In this document: piece after piece, positions 54,501-61,770 of the stretch
How the letters are laid out: every line of letters starts with the position of its first letter
How positions within the stretch are numbered: position 1 is the stretch's first letter
Assembly (NCBI GenBank): GCA_035249985.1
Contig: DATFFP010000051.1
Coordinates: forward strand, 4,781 to 68,780
Direction of reading: 5' to 3'
From: Gemmatimonadaceae bacterium
GTDB lineage: Bacteria; Gemmatimonadota; Gemmatimonadetes; Gemmatimonadales; Gemmatimonadaceae
Length of the DNA stretch: 64,000 nucleotides
The notes under the pieces: generated by a model
What the model was told of the DNA's origin: nothing
The model's database searches: none
Seen by the model: only the letters and a program-made list of their open reading frames with translations
Made by a program: the position numbers and the translations under genes

Positions 54501-55778
54501 CTAGATTCCTCTCCCTATGCGGTAGGCTACGGTCGCCTCGATTCCTGCACGCTTGAACATGTCGAGAAGCACCATCCCCTGCGAGGGGGTCTCGAATGCG
54601 CCAGCGTATACGCCAGCGTGACCCGCGTCACGTTCGAGCACATACGCCGGAAGTCCCTGTGCTCGCAGCTCCACCGCGCGAGCCATTGCGACGCTCGCGC
54701 TGAGGCTGTCGGCGATGCGCACCGCGTAGGGCGTCCGTCGCACCGACCCGAAGCCCATCTCCAGGACGCCCGAGGCGCGGAGCGCTGAAAGCGCCGAGTC
54801 CGCCTGCCGCTGCTCCTGCCATGCGCCAACGAGCACGCGATACCACCGAGCGCTGTCCGCGCCGAGGTGCAGTGGTGAGAACGTGGCTGCTGGAACCGAG
54901 CCAAGCGGATTGCTGAGCTGGCGACCCGCGGCGGCGAGGCTGTTCAGCATGACGACGTCGACGGAGTACACCGCCGCCTCGCTGGAATCGCTCTCGGCGG
55001 CGGCGATTGCTCCGGCACGTTGCGCCTCGGTCGAGGAGCCCGCCGCGATCGATCCGTCATCGGGATCGTCGATCCGATCCCACGCGAAGAGGGCGCCCCC
55101 GGCGACGAGGACGACGAGCCCAGCCGCCAGCATCGCCGCCCGCCTGGCCGGCGCCTGACGAGTGACACGCGAGAGCATTCCTGGTTGCGGCGTCGACGGC
55201 AGCGGCACCGCGGTCGCGTCGGCGCTGATCCGGCGAGCGCGCGGCACCGTCGCGATGATGTGACGCGCTTCCGGATACTCCACCTCGCCCACCACGACGA
55301 TCCCATCCGTATCCTCGACGAAGCCAGCGAGCCCTTCGGCGTTTGGGGGAAGAACGATGCACAGCAGCGCACCCTCGGCGCGGAATGCCATCGTGAGGCG
55401 GCGCCACCGCTCGCGCCGCAGGAGCGTTCCGTAGTCGAACGGCCCGACGCCGCTCGGCAACACGAAGAGCGTTCCGTCAGGATTGGCGGGATGCGCGATC
55501 TTCCGCAACGACACGCCGTGCAGGAAATGATCGATGACGCCGTGCGACCTCCCGTCCCGGGGCAGGAGCCGCTGCAGGGGAGCAAGCTCACCCACCGCAT
55601 CGACGATGGCGACGCGCCGGGTGCGAACGTGTGCTTTCGCGAGTGCCAGTGCGACGTTCGCGGCATCGTCATCCAGCTCGCCCACGACGACGATGCAGGT
55701 CCGGTCCTGAAGCAGCGGCGCAACGTCGCGCGCCGCCTCCTCCCATCGCTTCACGGATACCGAGACGTCAGCCGCCAT
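54501..55778 (-). CDS. Degenerate BY-kinase/MinD-like P-loop domain + TM segment + two C-terminal SPOR domains
   Basis: 425 aa. The N-terminal ~190 aa follows the BY-kinase/ParA strand pattern (CIVVVGE.., VAIVDA, LFVLPSG, LLCIVLPP, DGIVVVGE) but has ELDDDA where GxGKS/T would be. TM AAMLAAGLVVLVAGGALFAW. Two ~70-aa SPOR-like repeats (YSVDVVML...WYRVLVGAW and PYAVRIADS...AGVYAGAF). Confidence 0.6.
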   Translation of the reverse strand: MAADVSVSVKRWEEAARDVAPLLQDRTCIVVVGELDDDAANVALALAKAHVRTRRVAIVDAVGELAPLQRLLPRDGRSHGVIDHFLHGVSLRKIAHPANPDGTLFVLPSGVGPFDYGTLLRRERWRRLTMAFRAEGALLCIVLPPNAEGLAGFVEDTDGIVVVGEVEYPEARHIIATVPRARRISADATAVPLPSTPQPGMLSRVTRQAPARRAAMLAAGLVVLVAGGALFAWDRIDDPDDGSIAAGSSTEAQRAGAIAAAESDSSEAAVYSVDVVMLNSLAAAGRQLSNPLGSVPAATFSPLHLGADSARWYRVLVGAWQEQRQADSALSALRASGVLEMGFGSVRRTPYAVRIADSLSASVAMARAVELRAQGLPAYVLERDAGHAGVYAGAFETPSQGMVLLDMFKRAGIEATVAYRIGRGI

Positions 55779-57287
55779 CTACGGTCGCCCCTCGTAAATC
55801 CAGTAGGAGCGCCCGGTGCTGCGCGCCACCTGTTCGGCCCGTTCACGTGTGGGATATGGACCGAGAACGACCCGCCAGATGTCTAGCCCACCCTGCGTCG
55901 TCCGCACGACGTGCGCGCGCTGCCCCTCGGCCTGTATCTCATTCGCGGCCGCGATGGCGGCCGCCTCCGCGCGCAGCGCGGCGAACTGCACGGTGAAGCC
56001 AGGGCTCGTCACCGGAGGGGTGGGAGGCGGCGTCGTGTCGCGCGGCGGGGTCGCGACGCTCTCCGGTAGGGGTGTCAACGAGTCTGGCGACGGAGTGACC
56101 GCGAACGGATCCAGAGTGTCGCCAGAATCGGGAGGTGTCGTGTCCATCCCCTCGAATTGCACCGGCTCATCGAGCGACGCACTCCGCGGGCGGAATCCAT
56201 TCCACTCGATGAAATACCAGAGGTCGCGTCCGCCACCGGCGACGCGGCGAATCGCCTCGAGCGAGTCGCTGTCGACGAGCACGACGTCGTTTCCGCGCAG
56301 GAGCGCCAGGGCGCCGTCGGGTGTGACGAGCGGAAGGTCTTCGCGCCAGCCAGTGGCGACGCGCCCAACGAGCGTATCGGTGGCGATGGCGACGATCCAC
56401 GCCGAGTCCTTCGCCGCCGCGCGGGCGATCACGAAGCGACCCGTCGGATCCATGCGAAGCTCGCGGGAGGTATCGGGAAGGGTGATGCGCGCCGCGATCT
56501 CCTCCGCATAACGATCGACCACGGTCAGCTCCGCGGAGCCCGCGGTGAGGAGATAAATCCGGTCACCGCTGGGCGTCGTTACCGCGGAGCGAATGCGCTG
56601 CGGCACCCGAACGCTCGGTACGGCCGCGAGATCGCGCGCCCGCACGCCAATGAGGCCGGTGTCCACGGTGAAATACAGGCGGTCGCCCAGCGGCGTCCCA
56701 ATCGCCTGTTGCGCGCGGGGCAGGCGCGCGGTGTCGACGAGCGATTCCTGCGGCGGATGCATGCGCCATACGGTCGTTCCGGTTCGCGCGTCGGCGACGA
56801 CGAGGAGTCCGCCATCGGACTGCGGGAAGAGCTCACGCGGCGATACCGGTGGCTTGAAGCGCCACTCTCCGGCGGGCGTCAGGCGGCGGATCGTTCCATC
56901 GACCGCCACGCCGTAGATCGCGTTTCCGTCCTGCGAGGCGGCGTACGACAACCGGGCCTTCGTCTCCCGGGCGACGTCGCCAGTTCGCAGATCGACGCGG
57001 AGGGGAACGCCCCTGGTGTCAAGCGCGGCCACGCTTCCCGCGTCGGAATCGAATCCCAGCACGCGCTGCACGGAGGGAACCGCCGCCCGCGACGTCCACA
57101 CGAGGGAGTCGACCTGCGGATACGCGAAGGCGCGCAGTGGTCCGCCCGCCCGCGCGAAGCGGAGCAGGAGGCGGTCAGCGCCGCCGGCGGACATGACGGT
57201 GGGTGAGTCGCTGGCGGAAGGATCATCGCCGCGCTCGGAGCCGGAGCAGGCCGCGAGCACGAGTGCCAGCGCGAGGAGAGTGCGCAC
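55779..57287 (-). CDS. Lipoprotein with beta-propeller-like region and C-terminal SPOR domain
   Basis: 502 aa. Lipobox LALVLAACSG. Repeated strand-rich middle region, a Pro/Thr linker, and a C-terminal SPOR-like domain (GFTVQFAALRAEAAA...IWRVVLGPYPTRERAEQV). Confidence 0.6.
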   Translation of the reverse strand: MRTLLALALVLAACSGSERGDDPSASDSPTVMSAGGADRLLLRFARAGGPLRAFAYPQVDSLVWTSRAAVPSVQRVLGFDSDAGSVAALDTRGVPLRVDLRTGDVARETKARLSYAASQDGNAIYGVAVDGTIRRLTPAGEWRFKPPVSPRELFPQSDGGLLVVADARTGTTVWRMHPPQESLVDTARLPRAQQAIGTPLGDRLYFTVDTGLIGVRARDLAAVPSVRVPQRIRSAVTTPSGDRIYLLTAGSAELTVVDRYAEEIAARITLPDTSRELRMDPTGRFVIARAAAKDSAWIVAIATDTLVGRVATGWREDLPLVTPDGALALLRGNDVVLVDSDSLEAIRRVAGGGRDLWYFIEWNGFRPRSASLDEPVQFEGMDTTPPDSGDTLDPFAVTPSPDSLTPLPESVATPPRDTTPPPTPPVTSPGFTVQFAALRAEAAAIAAANEIQAEGQRAHVVRTTQGGLDIWRVVLGPYPTRERAEQVARSTGRSYWIYEGRP

Positions 57288-57328
57288 GGGGGGAAAATAG
57301 CGATGGAACCGGGGGCAACAAAGGGATC

Positions 57329-57466
57329 AGGAGCTAGGGGTCAGGGGTCAGGGGTGGAAAAAGGGGCCGCCGCGCTTCGCGCGTGCGGCCCCTCATCGGA
57401 TGAGCGCGGCAGCGGAGCTGCCGCACCTTTCCACCCCTGACCCCTGAGCCCTGACCCCTAGCTCCT
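57329..57466. repeat. Hairpin element E9: GGGGTCA heptad arms (2 versus 3 units) enclosing a ~65-nt insert with two GC hairpins
   Basis: Arm 57329-57360 is aggagctaggggtcaggggtcaggggtggaaa. Arm 57427-57466 is ctttccacccctgacccctgagccctgacccctagctcct, with one extra heptad. The TAG stop (57465-57467) of the 1086-aa OMP gene overlaps the arm. Confidence 0.9.
57358..57393 (-). terminator. Canonical intrinsic terminator nested inside E9 (14-bp GC stem, U5 tract on minus strand)
   Basis: On the plus strand, 57362-57370 (aggggccgc) pairs with 57385-57393 (gcggcccct), and the inner cgcgc/gcgcg stem has a ttc loop. On the minus strand the stem is followed by UUUUU (complement of a57358-a57362). It lies about 72 nt after the OMP gene stop. 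Confidence 0.6.
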
Positions 57467-60400
57467 AAAAGCTCGGGCCCAACGAGAACCTCCAATACTT
57501 GTCCCGCCTCGGATCGTCCAGAGGAATCGCGTAATCCCACCGCAGCAACGCGAAGTTGAAGAGGTTCACCCGAACGCCGAATCCGTAGCTTCGCAGCGCG
57601 TGCCGCTGGAATGCCGGATCGAACCCCGCCGGCCTCGACCAGTGCAGGTTCTGCCCCTCGAACCACGTGAGGCCGACGTCGTAGAACACCAGCCCCTCGA
57701 TAGGCGGCAGCGAAATGGGGAGGAGACCGATGTCGACGCGCCGCAGCAGCGGGAACCGCACCTCGACGTTGGCGACGGCGATGCGACTGCCCACGAGCGG
57801 TGAGCAGCGGTAGTACCGCGGATCGTCGCTCGACGGATCGTTGAAGGCGCATTGCCTGATCTCGTTGAGCGCGAACTCCTCCCGGTCGTAGCCCCGAAGC
57901 AGCTCGGGATATCCGATGTACTTGCGGAGCGTATCGGCGTCGCGGCCGTCGGACACGCTGGCGAGCAGACGTGTCGAAAGCGTGAGGAAGTTGAACAGGA
58001 TTGGATCGTACCGTCGATAATCGAGGAGGTAATCCATCCACTTGTACGTCCCGATGATCGGCTCGACTTGCAACCGATAGCGCCGACCCATGATCGGGCC
58101 CGTGTAGCCCCACAGCACGTTGTCGGATACGAAGGCCGCGTAGGGCTGGACGTAGTTGATGCTCGGCTGGTGGACTTCGTCGAGTATCTGGAACGGCGTC
58201 GCCGCACCGGTGAACTCGTTGATCAGACGCCCAATGAACAGCGACGAGCGGTCGACGTTCGACAGCCGCGCTCCGAACTCGGTGCGCGTGAATCGGTCGA
58301 ACGGATAGATGCCGATGCCGAAGACCTGCCGCTCGATGATCCGCGTGATCGGGTAGATCTCTTCCCAGACGCCGTCGCCAATGGGCTGGAGCGCGCCGAC
58401 TTCGGGGAAGTAGTACGGCGACTGATAGGCACCCACCGCGTACTGCATCCGACGCGACAGGTTGGTGTACGCGCTGTACACGCGCGCCTCGCTCAACCGC
58501 CCATTCACTTCGCCAGAGAAGGCGAGGCGGTGGTTGCCGAGCATGTCGCTCAGGACGATCTGCGTTCCGCCGAAGAACCCGCGGCCGAAGTTGTACTGCT
58601 CGTACCCGATCGTCGGACGGGCGACATAGTCGGGGCTGAAACGAACCTTGTAGTCGTACGTCTTGAACCCTCCCGCGTCCGGCAGCGCCATGGCCGCGCT
58701 ATCGAGCAGCGCCGCGACGCTGATCGGCCCGCCACGCGAGGCCAGCTCGGCGGCCGGCGGTGGGTTCTGTGAGGGACGGATGCCCGCCGGACTCCGGTAG
58801 TACGAGTAGTGCGAGTTCGTGCCATTGCTGTCGACCGCCGCGGTCAGCGTCGCGCCGGTATCGGAGGGGAGGACGGCACTCGACACCAGCACCGTGTCAC
58901 TCGTGGGCGCGCCCGCCACCAGAGGCGTGCGGGGCTCCGGAGCCCGATAGGGCGACCGTTTCAGTGACCGCGGATTGTCGATCGACCAGATGGTGTAGTC
59001 GCCGTTCTCGTAGTAGGTGATCGCCAGCTTGTCGGCTTGACGCGCCCATGAGATCACCGGGCTGTAGTTCGTGGCGGCGGTGATGCCACCGACCACGTTC
59101 GTCAGCTGGAAATGCTCGCTGGTCTCGACCTCGTAAAGGAAAAGATTCTGGATGCCGGTTCGCGTCGAGACGTAGGCGATCGACCGGCTGTCGGGCGACC
59201 ACATCGGGTTGATGTTGTGCGCGTCCTGTCCGGGAAGCACGTCGATGCGTCCCGTCTCGAGATCATATGTGCTGATCTTCCAGGCGCTGTACCGAAGGAC
59301 GTTGAAGTCGGTCTCTGCCCCGCGATCGCTGGCGAACGCGATACGCTTGCCATCGGGCGACCACTGCGGCTGCAGGTCACCGTGGCGGTCGTTGGTCAGC
59401 TGCGTGAGCTGCGAACCGTCCGACTGGACGAGGTAGAGATCGCTGATCCCGCCGAGGTGGCCGGAAAAGACGAGGCGGCTGCCGTCTGGCGACCACGACG
59501 GGCCGGTGACGCCCTCGAGGTGCGTGTCGATGCGACGAATGACCTTCTGCTTCCGGACGTCGAGCAGATACAGGACGTCCTTCCCCTTGCGCTGCGCGGT
59601 GAACGCGAGCGTGCGGCCGTCCGGCGAGAAAGAGCTCTGCGAGTACAGCAGGCGCAGCTCCTCGAACTCCGGATTCGTCGTGCTCTTGACGAGCCGCTTG
59701 AGGCGCTTGCCCGTTCGCGCATCGGCCATCCAGAGGTCGATGAAGATCTGGCCGCGGAGAAAGCTCCCGTTGGACAGGAAGACGATTTGCTCGCCGTTAG
59801 GCGACAGGGCGGGGGCGAGAAAGATCGCGCCGCCGCTCCGGCGCTCGGAGAGCAGGGGTTGCGCGTATTTCCGGGCACGTTCCAGGTCGGCGATCTGCGG
59901 CAGGTGCTTGACCTGCATCGCCTCCTTCCACTCATCGCCGAGGTCCTCGAGCGACTTCCCGAGCTCGCGGCGGAACGCGCGTTCGACACCCACGTTGGGT
60001 GCCGCCTGGAGGATCGCTCCGATGACCTCGTCTCCCCACCGATCGCCGACGTACTCCCAGAGCGCCTGCCCGATGTCGTACGGGTTATGCTGATCCGGCC
60101 GCATCGTCAGCTGCTCGATCGTCGGTAGCCGGCCGTTGAGCGCTGCGTCTCGCATCACCGTGTTCGCGAACGGGTCGCCGGGTCCGAGCGACAGATACTC
60201 CGCCATGCCTTCGGCGAACCAGTACGGCATTGCCTGCTGCTGAAGCGTCTGCAGACCCGCGCCTGCCTTGCCGCGAGAGTAGATGTCGTACTGGAATTCG
60301 TGCACCATCTCGTGTGTCAGCACCTGCTCGAACGATCCGTAATCGCCCGTAAAGGGCATCAGGATCCGGTGGCGCAGGGCCTCGGTAACGCCGCCCGTGA

Positions 60401-60722
60401 ACTCACCGAGATCGCCGGTGACGTTGTTTTGCCCGAAGTCGGATCGCGAGGCGAACAGGACGATCGGCTTCTTCTCGCGAAACTCGTGACCGAGGATTCG
60501 CGAGAGGCGCCCGTATGCGCGCTCGGCCATTCGGCCAGCGTCGCGGGCCGCCGTCTCCTCACCCTGGTAGTAGTGCACGAGGAAGTGGTCGGTCTCGATG
60601 ACCTTCCAGTCGAACGAGTCGTACTGGACCTGGTTCTGCCCGAAGTAGAACTGGGCTTCCGCGCGCGGGGCGATCGCCAGTACGGCGGCGAGCGCACCCA
60701 GCAGCAATCTCCGTTCGATCAC
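57465..60722 (-). CDS. Large outer-membrane fusion protein: HExxH peptidase-like domain + PD40/TolB-type beta-propeller + C-terminal Omp85/surface-antigen-like barrel
   Basis: ORF 57465..60770 trimmed to GTG 60722 (GTGA overlap with the rsfS stop). Signal peptide LLLGALAAVLAIAPRAEAQ. LTHEMVHEF...FAEGMAEY. Five PD40-like repeats (SPNGEQIVF, SPDGRTLAF, SPDGSRLVF, SPDGKRIAF, SPDSRSIAY). Beta-rich C-terminus ending RFSLGPSF (terminal Phe). Confidence 0.75.
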   Translation of the reverse strand: MIERRLLLGALAAVLAIAPRAEAQFYFGQNQVQYDSFDWKVIETDHFLVHYYQGEETAARDAGRMAERAYGRLSRILGHEFREKKPIVLFASRSDFGQNNVTGDLGEFTGGVTEALRHRILMPFTGDYGSFEQVLTHEMVHEFQYDIYSRGKAGAGLQTLQQQAMPYWFAEGMAEYLSLGPGDPFANTVMRDAALNGRLPTIEQLTMRPDQHNPYDIGQALWEYVGDRWGDEVIGAILQAAPNVGVERAFRRELGKSLEDLGDEWKEAMQVKHLPQIADLERARKYAQPLLSERRSGGAIFLAPALSPNGEQIVFLSNGSFLRGQIFIDLWMADARTGKRLKRLVKSTTNPEFEELRLLYSQSSFSPDGRTLAFTAQRKGKDVLYLLDVRKQKVIRRIDTHLEGVTGPSWSPDGSRLVFSGHLGGISDLYLVQSDGSQLTQLTNDRHGDLQPQWSPDGKRIAFASDRGAETDFNVLRYSAWKISTYDLETGRIDVLPGQDAHNINPMWSPDSRSIAYVSTRTGIQNLFLYEVETSEHFQLTNVVGGITAATNYSPVISWARQADKLAITYYENGDYTIWSIDNPRSLKRSPYRAPEPRTPLVAGAPTSDTVLVSSAVLPSDTGATLTAAVDSNGTNSHYSYYRSPAGIRPSQNPPPAAELASRGGPISVAALLDSAAMALPDAGGFKTYDYKVRFSPDYVARPTIGYEQYNFGRGFFGGTQIVLSDMLGNHRLAFSGEVNGRLSEARVYSAYTNLSRRMQYAVGAYQSPYYFPEVGALQPIGDGVWEEIYPITRIIERQVFGIGIYPFDRFTRTEFGARLSNVDRSSLFIGRLINEFTGAATPFQILDEVHQPSINYVQPYAAFVSDNVLWGYTGPIMGRRYRLQVEPIIGTYKWMDYLLDYRRYDPILFNFLTLSTRLLASVSDGRDADTLRKYIGYPELLRGYDREEFALNEIRQCAFNDPSSDDPRYYRCSPLVGSRIAVANVEVRFPLLRRVDIGLLPISLPPIEGLVFYDVGLTWFEGQNLHWSRPAGFDPAFQRHALRSYGFGVRVNLFNFALLRWDYAIPLDDPRRDKYWRFSLGPSF

Positions 60723-61099
60723 GGTTGTCCTCCCTCGCGGTCCATCGGGACGCGCTCGGCGTCGCTCCACAGACGTTCGAGCTGGTAAAACTCACGGAGT
60801 GTCGGATGGAAGACGTGCACGATCACGTCGACGTAATCGAGCAGCACCCACCGTCCCGACTGGAGACCCTCGATATGGTGCGGTGCGACACCTTCACGTT
60901 TTTTGAGCCCCTCCATGATGTGTTCGGCCGTGGACCGAACATGGGTATCGGAGGTGCCGCTGGCGATGACGAAGAAGTCGGTGGCGTCGGAAACGCCGGA
61001 GAGATCGAGGAGGACGACGTCGGTAGCCTTGAGGTCCAGCGCGAGCGCGGCGGCTCGTTGAGCGGTGGCGAGCGAAGAGATGGTCGTCGACTGGGCCAT
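60719..61099 (-). CDS. rsfS: Ribosome silencing factor RsfS (iojap family)
   Basis: 126 aa. DLKATDVVLLDLSGVSDATDFFVIASGTSDTHVRSTAEHI...WVLLDYVDVIVHVFHP...Y.LE.LW is a typical RsfS sequence. Confidence 0.85.
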   Translation of the reverse strand: MAQSTTISSLATAQRAAALALDLKATDVVLLDLSGVSDATDFFVIASGTSDTHVRSTAEHIMEGLKKREGVAPHHIEGLQSGRWVLLDYVDVIVHVFHPTLREFYQLERLWSDAERVPMDREGGQP

Positions 61100-61200
61100 T
61101 CGGAGACCGTTCAGGAATCTGATGAACGCACTGCGTCGGCCGTTCTACCGGCCGAGGCAGGAGGTTGTTCCGTTAGGGCGCATTGGGTGTGCCAAAACCC

Positions 61201-61295
61201 AAGGCGCTGAAGGCGCTGAAGGCGCTGGGAGCGCTGAAGGAGATGTGAGGCCGATCACCTCCAGCGCCTCCAGCGCCTTCAGCGCCTTCACCGCC
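61201..61295. repeat. Hairpin element E10: arms of four 9-nt GCGCTGRRG units, 15-nt loop, same unit family as E3
   Basis: Arm 61201-61242 is aaggcgctgaaggcgctgaaggcgctgggagcgctgaaggag. Arm 61258-61295 is cctccagcgcctccagcgccttcagcgccttcaccgcc. It ends at the base before the rplI stop codon (61296-61298). On the minus strand it is followed by GGGTTTTGG. Confidence 0.9.
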
Positions 61296-61739
61296 TCACT
61301 GTTTGATCACCCACACCTTGATCTCCGGCTTCACCTCGGCGTGCAGGCGCACCGGGATCTTGTAGACGCCGAGCGTCTTGATCGGCTCGTGTAGGTCGAT
61401 CTGCCGCTTCTCGATGTCGAAGCCCTGGGCCTCCAGCTGCTGGGCGATGTCGGCCGTGGTCACCGAGCCGAAGAGCTTCTCCTCCTCCCCCACGCGGGCC
61501 GAGAAGGTGAGCTGGACGCTCTCGAGGCGCTCGGCGAGCGACTGGGCCGCCTTGATGCGCTCGGCCTCCGCCGCCTCCAGACGCGCCTTTTCCATGGCGA
61601 TGCGCTTTCGGTTCCCGGGTGTCGCCTCGTAGGCGAGCCCCCGCGGGAGCAAATAGTTGCGGGCGTAACCGGGCGACACCTTCACGATGTCGCCGGGCTT
61701 GCCGAGGTTCTCGATCGATTGGCGAAGAATGATTTCCAT
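61296..61739 (-). CDS. rplI: 50S ribosomal protein L9
   Basis: ORF 61296..61814 trimmed to MEIILRQSIENLGKPGDIVKVSPGYARNYLLPRGLA, the canonical L9 N-terminus. Confidence 0.9.
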   Translation of the reverse strand: MEIILRQSIENLGKPGDIVKVSPGYARNYLLPRGLAYEATPGNRKRIAMEKARLEAAEAERIKAAQSLAERLESVQLTFSARVGEEEKLFGSVTTADIAQQLEAQGFDIEKRQIDLHEPIKTLGVYKIPVRLHAEVKPEIKVWVIKQ

Positions 61740-61770
61740 TGAAGAGCTCCGATGGTGCGATGGCACGAGG

